Source of the DNA: a virus
Lineage: Duplodnaviria; Caudoviricetes
IMG/VR virus record: IMGVR_UViG_3300005611_000125
Coordinates: 1 to 32,606 of that record
DNA length: 32,606 bases
Reading direction: 5' to 3' (one strand)
Position numbers and translations under genes: made by a program. Of this stretch, positions 10,201-20,400 are shown piece after piece. The notes under the pieces are model-generated. The model saw nothing but the letters and a program-made list of their open reading frames with translations. It searched no databases and was not told the origin of the DNA. Numbering within the stretch: position 1 is the stretch's first letter; each line of letters starts with the position of its first letter.

Positions 10201-11093
10201 AGTTAGAAGTAGCATCAGGTGCAGTCACTGTTCCACATCCTGAGATTGGAAGTGATGGAATGACCTCTCCAGTTGCTGGACAGTTTGGTCTATCTGATCC
10301 AACTCCTGGTGCATCACCAGGAGTTCCTGGAAGCACAGGATATGCTTCGGATAGTGGTCTTGATATCATCGGAAGAACTGGAGATCCTATTGTTTCTCCT
10401 GTAGATGGAACTATTCTATATGCAGAAACTGGTCATACAAGTTGGAAAGATGATTCAAATCCAGATGAACCTGGACATCAACCACAACATTCTTTCTTAA
10501 TTTCATTGGCAAGTCCATTTGAATATGGTGGTAAAAAAATCAAGTTTGCATATGGAACACATTTATCTTCATTAGTGGAGGGTGTTGCTAACCAATCAGG
10601 CATTGCAATCAAAGCTGGTCAACCAATTGGTGCCATGGGTGTTGCTAATAAAGTGCCACACTTACACTTTGGATTACTACAAAACAGAGCACAATCTTCT
10701 GAAGATGATTGGTTAAGTAATACTCAAGTGAAGGAAGTTTTATCTGCAAGAAGATCTCATGCAGGAACTAAACTCTCCAATAGAGAGGAGATGCTTAAGA
10801 TTCTCCCAGGTCAGTCTCTGCTCGATGAAAATACTTCAAAAGCATTAGGTGCAACTAATCTTGCAAGATTCAATGCTGCATCTACACCTGAGGGAGTTCA
10901 AAATATTGCTGGACAGATTGCAGGAGTGTCTGACTACGCACCATATGAACAGGGAGCACAGCAAACAGTTGTGGTTCAAGATCCACCACAACAAATGCCA
11001 GAAGAGTCACCTCAATCATCTGGTGGTGGTATGATGGGAATGTCTGGTGGTTCTAGTCATGACCCATTTGAGTTCTTGGATTTCCAAGGTTAA
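7251..11093 (+). CDS. Second tape-measure-like protein with lysozyme/transglycosylase-like and M23 peptidase domains
   Basis: Same N-terminal architecture as the previous gene, and Gly/Leu helical repeats (FGGGLLDL.KNVGGG.LKF.GYIL.P.GLL.D.LKAGGA twice). IESNG...GRYQM...AHNQG suggests the lysozyme superfamily; GLDI.G..G.PIVSPVDG...HL...KAGQ.IG..G...PHLHFG suggests M23. Confidence 0.7.
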   Translation: MALPALLGAGARAVGGSMVKAGGRAVAGKVLGRGRKKQAQPGRIIPGREGVDGGKGGAIIKPKVKMVSAKEIKSLQTGDTVSPGKDPLKSIYNNVILIEKILKGNNIADRDALKEKKKNDKKADKAAQEKKLETKPPKIDKKKGEVMKLPETGVFGWIKNFIGNILLGYFAVRLIKYLPQMMGLLKGLGHVVDFVTDVGMFLVDGIATFIDFAYNVYDGTKNIMKGIGLEGAFDAIMKAMEVAITVLTFALGAKSLGGFGDSRGGGKPGRSKPQTRIAGPKGNLLGSQDRVTSTAAARRYANRFGRDAAEKRFGKDAVSGLGGKFGRSRVTNFARGAATGVAKKLGGRQGVKMLASLGKIGKFLKVPVIGSIISVVISLMNGDPIQKALFKGVGTAVGGALGGFLSTFIGIPPLGLFLGGIIGDYVGDLLYTLFFGGGLKAAGAKLGNDLKGLFMGIGDGVKAIFSWVFGGGLLDLLKNVGGGLLKFAGYILNPGGLLWDMLKAGGAVVGAITNFLFGGGLLDLIKNVGGGVLKFIGYILMPNGLLFDALKAGGAAAKMIFDFAKSIVGNLVGGAVEGTKRVAGGFFDALTFNLFDFDKQNKVETKKAGGEVGRGLQEDTLKQQKKALRKKPSFQKIKAPEGGKIKTGKKTEKAWWDFLGWAGTEGQEETMDLGPGGQMLANKVVNLGNSFGEYPYFGPILSLAARVILGETPSEEDYKNVGYGLNMLVGDGVQKGKIGEGIKGYEDGGMIDDYYAMAGIDIGRWATDTFKKELSTTLNKNFNVMGTGGGESGTTSSSTTTSSTSAVVTPGAASGAVAASELYKEIGANAEQWDIFRNSVALIESNGKYDIFGGSGDHYDGRYQMGRAAKIDGSRIAGVSDPGHSDDPNAEVRAKYRANPELQETVFTGFTVANHRYLMRNATYKDSSVERKLQILGYAHNQGMGGAESWITTGVVGKDGFGTKGTKYTDLIAANFRAQKSGGELEVASGAVTVPHPEIGSDGMTSPVAGQFGLSDPTPGASPGVPGSTGYASDSGLDIIGRTGDPIVSPVDGTILYAETGHTSWKDDSNPDEPGHQPQHSFLISLASPFEYGGKKIKFAYGTHLSSLVEGVANQSGIAIKAGQPIGAMGVANKVPHLHFGLLQNRAQSSEDDWLSNTQVKEVLSARRSHAGTKLSNREEMLKILPGQSLLDENTSKALGATNLARFNAASTPEGVQNIAGQIAGVSDYAPYEQGAQQTVVVQDPPQQMPEESPQSSGGGMMGMSGGSSHDPFEFLDFQG

Positions 11094-11096
11094 ATA
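11091..11096 (+). promoter_or_regulatory. Late promoter core TAAATA overlapping a stop codon
   Basis: TAAATA followed by a GAGG SD and ATG 11118. Confidence 0.6.
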
Positions 11097-11117
11097 TAAG
11101 TAAGAGGTAATCCAAGA

Positions 11118-12446
11118 ATGTCAGTCCAGATAGCATCAAAAGGTTCAGAACCAGCAGAAGTAACTAAACTAACAATAAACAGCAACCAAGGTGGAAAGGC
11201 TGTAGATCTGCGTGGTGGTTTTGTGCAGTTGACTTATACTGAAAGTATTATGAGTGACACTATCACTGCAAACTATACATTTATTGATAGTGGTGCCAGT
11301 ATTGATGGTAAGAGTGTCAGAGATGGACTACCTCTTGTAGGAGAAGAAAGAGTTGAGTTGGCATTTGAGGACAACGCTGAAAATAAACTTGAAGTTACTT
11401 TGTATGTGAATAAAGTTACTCCACTTGATAATAAAACTCAGAAATCAATATTGAATATTAGTCTTGTTTCAAAAGAGTTTATTATGAATGAAAAGACAAG
11501 AGTGAAAAGAAGGTTTGATGGAAAACTATCCGATCATATTTCATCTGTGGTTTCTGAAGAACTTGAAAGTGATAAAGATGTTCAAATAGAACCTACTATT
11601 AATAATTTAAATACCATAGGAAACTCAACAAAACCATTTTACTTCATTAATAATCTTTGTAAGAAAGCAGTTTCATCAGAGAGTCAAACTCTTGGAAGCA
11701 CTGCTGGATATTTTTTCTATGAAACTTCAGAGGGATTCTTCTTTAAGTCTATTGATGGTTTACTAGATCAAGAACCAAAAGCAAAAACAATTTATAACGA
11801 AACTCCTGATACCGCTGGTGGAAATATGCCAGAGGGAAAGGACTTTAAAGTATTGAAGTATAATAAAAAAGATAATGTGAATGTACAAGAAAAAATGAAA
11901 ATGGGTGCATTAACAACCCGTCAAGTTATATTTGATCCGTTTACTTGCTATTATGAAGTTATCAATCCAAGAACAGATGACACTGAGGGAAGTTTGAAAA
12001 CTGCTGGTAGGGATGGTTTGCCACTATCAAAAGACCTTAGAAATCCAGAGTTTGATAAGACAGGCAAGAATGAAGACTATACAAGGACTACCTATCGTTT
12101 GTTAGATAAAGGAACTCTTCCTACTGGAGATTCAAAACAACAGATTGAGAAGTCAGAAGAAGAAAACTTTAAGGGTTCTGATATTGAAAACCAAGCAGTG
12201 ATGAGATATAATCAGTTCTTCTCCTCCCAGGCAGACATTGTTATCCCTGGTAACTTTGCACTCCATGCAGGAGATATGATACACTTAGATGTACCTGGTC
12301 TCAGTGATAATAGGACTGAAACTCCAGACGACCAAGATGGTGGTCTATATATTATAACTGATATCTGCCATACAATAACTGCTAAATCTACATTCACAAG
12401 ATGTAATTTATCAAGAGATTCTATCGGAAGAAAACCCGCACCCTAA
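11118..12446 (+). CDS. Baseplate hub protein, gp27 / P2 gpD-like
   Basis: Y.ESI...F.DSG...LPL.GEE.V; GYFFYET..GF.FKSID.L; C-terminal IPGN..L.AGD.I...GLY.I..I.H is typical of hub proteins; it lies upstream of gp5. Confidence 0.65.
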   Translation: MSVQIASKGSEPAEVTKLTINSNQGGKAVDLRGGFVQLTYTESIMSDTITANYTFIDSGASIDGKSVRDGLPLVGEERVELAFEDNAENKLEVTLYVNKVTPLDNKTQKSILNISLVSKEFIMNEKTRVKRRFDGKLSDHISSVVSEELESDKDVQIEPTINNLNTIGNSTKPFYFINNLCKKAVSSESQTLGSTAGYFFYETSEGFFFKSIDGLLDQEPKAKTIYNETPDTAGGNMPEGKDFKVLKYNKKDNVNVQEKMKMGALTTRQVIFDPFTCYYEVINPRTDDTEGSLKTAGRDGLPLSKDLRNPEFDKTGKNEDYTRTTYRLLDKGTLPTGDSKQQIEKSEEENFKGSDIENQAVMRYNQFFSSQADIVIPGNFALHAGDMIHLDVPGLSDNRTETPDDQDGGLYIITDICHTITAKSTFTRCNLSRDSIGRKPAP

Positions 12447-12452
12447 TCAACT

Positions 12453-12680
12453 ATGGAAAGTATCGAGAAGCACATCGAGAAGGACAAGGAAATCCTTCAA
12501 GATCCTACAGTCTCCCCACAAATGCGTCGTCATATTGAAGGCGAATTGCATGACCTAGAAGACTATGTTGAGCATCATAAGAAAGAGATTGAAGCAGGTG
12601 ATCATCACGATCCCAGTTATCTTGAATTGTTCTGTGATCAAAATCCATCTGAACCAGAATGCCTGGTATATGACGACTGA
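12453..12680 (+). CDS. cp12: CP12 Calvin-cycle inhibitor (cyanophage auxiliary metabolic gene)
   Basis: C-terminal LELFCDQNPSEPECLVYDD is the CP12 signature; no N-terminal Cys pair, as in marine picocyanobacterial and phage CP12. Confidence 0.92.
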   Translation: MESIEKHIEKDKEILQDPTVSPQMRRHIEGELHDLEDYVEHHKKEIEAGDHHDPSYLELFCDQNPSEPECLVYDD

Positions 12681-14404
12681 TGGAAGGAACGGGAGCACTA
12701 TTTAATCCTGGTTTTTTAGGAGGATCTTTCCTGTGGTGGATCGGTCAGATTGCTGACGACTCCACTTGGAGAGATAACATAAACCCTGGAAAATATCAGG
12801 ATAGGAATAGTATTCCTGGATGGGGTAGAAGATATAAAGTAAGAATTATTGGTCTTCATGATCAAGGTGAAAAAACTATCCCATCAGATCAGTTACCTTG
12901 GGCACAGGTAATGTATCCCATCACCGCAGGTGGTGGACAAGCAGGAGCAAGTCAAACACCAAACCTCCGTCAAGGAAACATGGTGTTTGGATTCTTTCTT
13001 GATGGACAAGAGAGACAAGTTCCCGTTATCATGGGAATACTTGGCAACAACTCTCAAACAGTTCTTGCACAAAAAAATAGTACAGTCGCAGATACTGTAA
13101 CAGATACTCAACCTGGTGTTCTTGCAAAGAGTGGATACTCTGAAGGGACGACTCCAAAGTCAGGGTCTGCTCAAGAGACTCCACCTGATGAAGATTTATC
13201 TTTAAAAGAACCAAGTGAGGGAACAGCATCCAATGAAAATGCGGATGGTGTTCACCAAACAACTGCTGCTGATTCTAAGAGACAAGCAAAGTGCGAGGAG
13301 AAGATCGCACTGATGAAACCAGACCCAAAAGAGTTTATCAGTTCTTCTCTTAAGGGTATACAAACAGCAATTGAAAATCTTACGAACCGTATTGATACCA
13401 TCTTACAATCAATTCAGAGTTATGCTGATGCGATAACGAATGCAGTAAGAAATCCTCTGGATGCCATTCAAGATGTAATGAATCTTGCATCTAGAGAAAT
13501 TTCTAAATTTATGAAACCAATCTTTGATAAGATTCAAGAGTTTGCACTAAAAATACTGACCAAGGGATTCAATACAATTATTGCTGCACTTCCATCTAGT
13601 CTTAGATTCCAGTTCAAAGACATGGTGCAGCAAATCACAGAACTTTTATTGTGTATGTACAATAAAATGACTGGTGGACTCAAGGATCAGATTGCTGGTG
13701 CTCTTACTGACGCAATCAATCCACAACAATTATTAAATGATGTTCAGCAAGCAGTACAGAATGGAGAACCAAATGTAGGTGCTCCAACCAATCCAAGAGT
13801 TCCGATGTGTGCTGCAGAGGCATTGGTAGCAAAAGTTATAAACTTAAATAAAGCAGAAATTGACTCTTCTAATAATGCAATTTTAGATAATGTTAACGCA
13901 TATCTTGATGATGTTAATGAAATGTTGGCTGGAATCACAGGTTTTGCTTCGGAGATTACCAATACAATTGATAGTGTTATGGGAAGCATGACTGGTGCTC
14001 TTGACTTTACTAACTTCAAATTAAATATTTTTGGATGTGAATTAGAACCAACTATTGCAGAATCTGATACCTATACATTCTGTAGTGGTGGAGATCAAAC
14101 TGCTCCACCAGCAAAACCAAGCAATAAGTCAGTTGAAGAAGGTATTAATGCAGATCCAGAAGCACCAACAGAAACTGAATCACCAGGATTTGCAGAACCA
14201 GATAGGTCACAGAGAAATCTTGAACTTACTGATAGTGATGCTGCAAAGATAGCAGCAGAAGAACGAGCACTGGCTAATATTCCACCAGAACAAAACCCTG
14301 ATCCACCATCTAATACAGTGGTTCGTGATGATATTGATACAGAACTTGAGAGAGCAAGAGCAGGAGACCGATCTGGTCTTGACGATGCTTTAGATATTCA
14401 GTAA
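12680..14404 (+). CDS. gp5: gp5 baseplate hub/spike N-terminal OB-fold protein; no recognisable lysozyme or beta-helix
   Basis: WWIGQI...RYKVRIIG.H...LPWAQV..P...G..V.GFFLDG...QVP.IMG is the gp5/VgrG OB fold; it is followed by a helical region and an acidic tail. Confidence 0.85.
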   Translation: MEGTGALFNPGFLGGSFLWWIGQIADDSTWRDNINPGKYQDRNSIPGWGRRYKVRIIGLHDQGEKTIPSDQLPWAQVMYPITAGGGQAGASQTPNLRQGNMVFGFFLDGQERQVPVIMGILGNNSQTVLAQKNSTVADTVTDTQPGVLAKSGYSEGTTPKSGSAQETPPDEDLSLKEPSEGTASNENADGVHQTTAADSKRQAKCEEKIALMKPDPKEFISSSLKGIQTAIENLTNRIDTILQSIQSYADAITNAVRNPLDAIQDVMNLASREISKFMKPIFDKIQEFALKILTKGFNTIIAALPSSLRFQFKDMVQQITELLLCMYNKMTGGLKDQIAGALTDAINPQQLLNDVQQAVQNGEPNVGAPTNPRVPMCAAEALVAKVINLNKAEIDSSNNAILDNVNAYLDDVNEMLAGITGFASEITNTIDSVMGSMTGALDFTNFKLNIFGCELEPTIAESDTYTFCSGGDQTAPPAKPSNKSVEEGINADPEAPTETESPGFAEPDRSQRNLELTDSDAAKIAAEERALANIPPEQNPDPPSNTVVRDDIDTELERARAGDRSGLDDALDIQ

Positions 14405-14410
14405 TAAATA
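14404..14410 (+). promoter_or_regulatory. Late promoter ATAAATA
   Basis: In the gap between gp5-N and ATG 14443. Confidence 0.65.
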
Positions 14411-14442
14411 CCATTACCCAGAAGGGATGCATATAACAAGAT

Positions 14443-17400
14443 ATGTCGTTTAACATTTTCGGTGCTGCAACAAAAGATAATGTCCGTGTCGGGTATGTTG
14501 ATCCCGAGAGGGGATATATTACTAATCAATCAATTTATGAAGCTAATGTACATGCATCCAAAAACCCAGGAACGATTTTTATATTAGAAACAAGAGATAG
14601 AATAAGATATTTAACAATTAATGAAGTAAATAATTTAGGTCCTGAAGACATAACTCCAGATGAAGTTGCTTGTCAGGATGGAATTAAAGGACTTAGACCA
14701 GGAGAAACTCCTACATTTCCTGGCGGAAATCAACCCGTTATTGTCTCTGGTGGTAATGGGTCAGGAGGAGGTTCTGGTAACACTGCCGTCAAAGTAGGAT
14801 CAACTGGTGGAACTCCATTAACAACTGGTGGCACTGGTGGAAGACCAGTTCTTGCAGGAACAGTTCCTCTTACTGCTGGTGGTAATCCAGTTAAGTCTGG
14901 AGGAGTTGGAGGAACTCCTATTTTTCTTGGTGGAACAGGTGGAATACCAGTTCTTCTTGGAAATCAACCATTAACCATCAATGGGAAGGGTGTTTTTGTT
15001 GGTGGAGAGGGAGGACTTCCATTAACCTCTGGTGGAACTGGTGGTACAAAACTTGCCACAGATGGAACTAATGAGTGTGAGGGTAAGATTTACATTAGTG
15101 GTGGTGGAGGAGTTGGTGCATATGCTGTCCCTGTTTTTGGAACAGATGGATCTCTACTATCTGCAATTGTTACTGATGGTGGATATGGATATAAAACCCC
15201 ACCTCAAGCAAGAATTTTTGATACTTGTAAAAGAGGCACTGGCGCTGTCTTAAGATCTTTACTTGGTGAGATATCCAGTAGAACAGAGTATTATGATAAA
15301 GAAGAAGACTTTGAACTTTATGATTTAACTCCTCCAGGTGGAGGAGTTACGGCTGAATATGGCAATCGTTTTGATCCAGATGGAAAGATCGTAGGAAAGT
15401 GGGATCCCACTTTGTTTGCTTCACTACAAGATAATCCAATCGCACGACAGATTCAAGAGTATCAAGATTTTTTAAAAGAACTTAAAAATCCTTGGTGGCA
15501 CACTAGAAAAGAAACTCCTCTGGAAGTTATCTTTAGAGAAAAGACCGATCAAGTGAAGCATGATGTTCAGCACTGGGCATGGGGTGGAAAGACTGTTGAA
15601 ATAAAGCAACCTCCTAACAAAGAATCTCAGTTTGAAGAATTAGAATTTGAAGTTTACACTCAAGGAGGAAACCAGGTAGAAAGGGATTTGCAATTTACCT
15701 TTACCTCAGAAGACGGTGGGCATAAATTTCAATTTAAAGCACCTGAGTTTAAAGATGATAGAAAAACTAAAGTAAAGAGAAAAGTAAAAAGGAACACTGT
15801 ATATAAAGTTGTTGCTAGTGGTAGATATAAAGGAAAAGGAGTTGAACAAGGTCTTGTTGCTGGCATTGGAAAAAATGCAAAGGAAATTAAAGGAGATAAA
15901 AAAGGATCTGTAATTTTTGCTGATTTCATTGAGTCTGCAAATGATAATGACGACTTACAAGTTAGAGCAACTCAAGGCACATTTGAGGCAAATAAGATAA
16001 AATCTGACAAGCGCAGTATATATGCTTTAACATATAAGTTTGAAAGTAATAAAGATTTTAAACCAACAACTAAAAAGAAAAATGTAATTGAAGACAGTTT
16101 TATGAATCGTTATGCGATTTCTCCAACTGCACCTTCTAATGTTCCTGGTAGTGACTATGCCGGTCGTGTAGCTACTTTTGTGTGGGAAGAAGACTTTCCA
16201 ATTACTGGAGACTACAAGTTCCGTGGAATGGCGGATAACATTGGAAAAATATTCATTGATAATGAATTAGTTTTAGAAGAGAGAAAGTTTAAGGGAGATC
16301 CAACAAAAGTCGTATCCAGATATATTGAAGAAGGTGTTCATGAGATTAAAGTAGAACTCTTTAATATTCCAATCAAAGAAAAACCAAAACCTGTCAAACA
16401 AGATTTGACAATTACCTATCATGGATTGAATCAAGGTTCCACTAAAACTGTCAGTGGTGAGAAATCATATGCTATTAGAACTGAAGGTGAATCCTCTACA
16501 GCAGGTAGAAGAGTAAGAAATAATGGTAAAGAGATTCAATTTGACGATGATATTGATAATGGATTTGATGAGAATGCATCATTAAAGATTGAATCAACAT
16601 CTCCTGGAGTATCTGCTAAGTTTAATGGTGACGGAACTCAGATGATCGTTAAGGGGAGAGGAGATGTCTCCTTAAAATTTAGTTGGGATGACAAACCAAA
16701 TATTTCTGGACTTTCCGTTGGAACTTTAAAGGTTGGAAATGGATCTAAGGTCAGTTGGACAACCAGACAAAAAGGCACAAAAGGAAGTGATAGAAAAACA
16801 ATTAATGTGGGTGGAGAAGACTCAAAAGAAGTAATTGGAAAAGGTGGATTCATAGTCAGTGGTGATAAAAAGAAAGTCAAAATGAGGGATGGTAAGGGTG
16901 ATGACATCAACTCTACATTTTCAATCGTATCCTCCACAAATAATGCTAGATTCTCTGATGATGGAAAGAGATTAATAACTGATGGTCCTGGTAACATTAA
17001 GTTAAAATTAGAGTGGGATGATAACCCTAAAACTGCAGGAGTTGCTGTAGATAAAATTGAGGTTGGTGGTGTAGTCTTAGACCAAAGGGGTGAAAAAGGC
17101 ACTGATACAAAAACTCTTACTATAAATGCACCTAAGACCGTATCCACCTCTAATCAATCTCAAAGTTATGACAGTATTTTCAACACTGCTGACTATGTAA
17201 ACAAAGCAGACAGAAAACTTTGGAGAACAAATGTGTATGGAAGAAGTGGATTCCTTAGTGAAAATGGAATTTGTCCTTTTGATACCAAGAGACCATTAGA
17301 AGGAAATCCTTATGCAGGAACCCATGTGATTCGTTGGGAGGGTGTAAATTTTCCTGTTGATGGAAACTATGAGATCACAGTTGATGCTGATGATAGTGTA

Positions 17401-20400
17401 AAAATATTCATTGGTAATCGTGAGGGTACCGGTGCAATTGGAATTGGTAATGGACTAAAAGATATTGAGAAAGGTGGTGATGAAGTAATTATTGAAAATG
17501 GTATGAACAAACAAACTTATACCAGATTCTTTAAGAAAGGAAAGTATAGAATTAGAACTGAGTTAACACAAATACCTGGTGGAGTATTTTCATTTGATAA
17601 AGATGGAAGAGCAGGTGGTCCTGATGTTACTGCTCGTTTTATTGAAAGAGGTGGTCAAAACTACTTGAAGGTTGAAGGATCTGGATCCGCAGAAATTCAT
17701 TTCAGACTGAGGACAGATGATGATCCAGGAAATTCTGGATCCTTTGCATCCAAAATTAAAATTGGAAAAGGTGATAAAGACTCTGTTGAATTAAGAAGAA
17801 GTCAAGATGGAAGATCACTGAAAGAAAAAGAGACTATTAATGGATCAGCATTTTTTGAAGCTGGTAGAGAGTATCTTGTTCAGACATTCAACTCAAACAG
17901 AGACACTGGTTCTAGAATCAAAAATAAAGGACAAACAATTGAGTATGATGATAACATTAGTAATGGATTTGATGAGAATGCAGATCTCACCATTACTAAA
18001 ATAACAAATCAACAGAAATCAAAGGTCAAGGGTATCAACCCAATGGCACTTGCGATTGATATCAAAGCTAAGTCAGCTGAGGAACCAAGAATATCTGGTA
18101 GAACTTGGTATGAAAATCCAATGGGTGCTGCTTTTACAATTGAGGCACCTCTCCCTCCTATTCCACAAGAACCAAGACCAAGAGTAGAGGGTAGATGTCC
18201 TGAGAGTCCTACTTGGACAACTAGATTCTCTGGTGGATCTGAAAGTTGGTGGCCAGTCACTCACCAGCGTCCTGACGGTACAAAAACTTGGTCTAAGTTT
18301 ATGAATCGTTTTGCATCTTCTCCATTACCTCCATTATCTACTCCAAATAGTGATGGTGGTGGAGGAATCACTTATTCCAACACTTGGCAAGTTGATTTCC
18401 CTTATACTGGATTCTATGGATTTAAAGGTGCTGCAGATAACTTTGGAAGAATTCTAGTTGATGGTCAAGAAGTTTATAAACTCAAGGGATTTAGTAATCC
18501 ATCCCCTGAGATTGTAAAACAAAAAGTTACAGAGGGAACTCATGATGTAACTGTAGAAGTAGTAAACCAAGATCAAAGAAAGAGAAAGAAGGTTACGAGA
18601 GAAGTTTTTAATACCAAGAGTTGGATAAAACCACTGAAAGAAGCTCCTCCGACTCCAGCAGAACTAACAGTAGAATATAGAGGATTGAATCAAGGTTCCA
18701 CTAAAACTGTCAGTGGTGAGAAATCATATGCTATTAGAACTGAAGGTGAATCCTCTACAGCAGGTAGAAGAGTAAGAAATAATGGTAAAGAGATTCAATT
18801 TGATGATGATATTGATAATGGATTTGATGAGAATGCAAAACTAACAATTGAGTCAACATCACCAGGTGTTAGTGCAAAGTTTAATAGTGATGGAACTCAG
18901 ATGATTGTCAAAGGAAGTGGTGATGTTTCTTTAAGATTTGAATGGAATGATAACCCAAAAACTGCTGGACTTTCTGTTGGAACCTTGAAAGTTGGTAATG
19001 GTGAAAAGGTCAGTTGGACAACTAGACAAAAAGGTGAAAAAGGAAGTGATAGAAAAACAATTAATGTAGGAACTAAAGATACAAAAGAAGTAATCGGAAA
19101 GGGCGGTTATACCGTTAGTGGTAATGATGTTAAGATGAAAGATGGTCATGGAGATGACATCAATTCAACTTTTAGTATTGTCAGTTCAACTGTTGATGCA
19201 AAGTTCTCCTCAGATGGTAAAAAAATTAATTACAAGGGATCTGGTGAAATTACCCTTAGATTAAAATGGGATGATAATCCCAATAAGTATGGTGTTGCCG
19301 TTGATAGTATTGCTGTCGGAGGATCTGTTTGGAATCAAAGAGGTGAGAAAAATTCAGTAACTAAAACTATTAAAGTCACTGCTGAGTCCACTGCTAAAGG
19401 TGGAGTTGAAAGTGGGAAGAAAATAGGTGCAGTGAGTTATACTGGTCCTACACTTTTCCACTTCAATCACCCTGCATGGAGTGAACTCATGAATAGTATT
19501 AGTGTCTCTCCATACACACCACCTCTTGATAGTGACAATCCATCTATTGTTGGAACATTTACTCTTAAATGGACTGGTGTAAATTTCCCAGAAAATGGAA
19601 GATATGATATTGCATTCCAAGCAGATAATATTGCTAAACTTCTTATTAATGGAGTAGAGGTTAATGAGGTAAGATCATTTAGAGGAGAACCTAAACCTAG
19701 GTTCGTTGAATTAAATCGTGGAACTTATGATGTGGAGATTCAACTAACGAATATTCCAACCAATAAAGATATTTTTAATAATAATCCATCTGGAGTTGCA
19801 CTTAGAATTACTAAGGATGTCACAATTGTAAGTTCAGAGAGTCAATCGTGGTTGAATAATCCAGTCGGTGCTTCTGCTATTATACTTCCACCACCTTGTC
19901 CAAAAGAAATTGCAGGTGTTGGAATTGTTACTGCAGTTCTTGTTGAGGAACCAGGAAATTCATATCCACCTAATCGTGGAGTGGATCCTACTGAAGGAGG
20001 AATCCCTGTAACACTTAAACTTGTTAGTATTGTGCCAACTGCAACTGGTATTGGATACACTCCTGGAGATAGAATTATTGTTGATCCACCTACTGGAGAA
20101 CCATTTGAACTTGAACCAGAATTAGATCCATTTGGAAGAATTATAGGTGTTCCTATTGGTGATACTCCAGCAATACCACCACCAAGTGGAGGAACTGGAG
20201 ATCCAGGAAATGGTGATCCTGATAGAGGAGATCCTACTGAACCTGGTAGAGGTGGTGATCCCGATAGAAGAGATCCTAATGAACCTGGCAGAGGTCCTGA
20301 TGGATTTGATATTATAGGTAATTCCGAAACACAAATCCTTCAAGTCACTGATTTACCTGGTCAAATCGGAGTTGCTGATGATACTGGAGTTTTGATTCCT

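Noticed and set aside
16423-18837. 156-nt repeat pair as a diversity-generating retroelement TR/VR
   Set aside because: The only difference is one C/T change with no adenine-specific variation, both copies are coding, and there is no reverse transcriptase in the window.
20190-20300. RGD motif and GDPDR/EPGRG repeats as an integrin-binding signal
   Set aside because: Low-complexity Pro/Gly/Asp linker; a chance RGD is expected and the host is bacterial.
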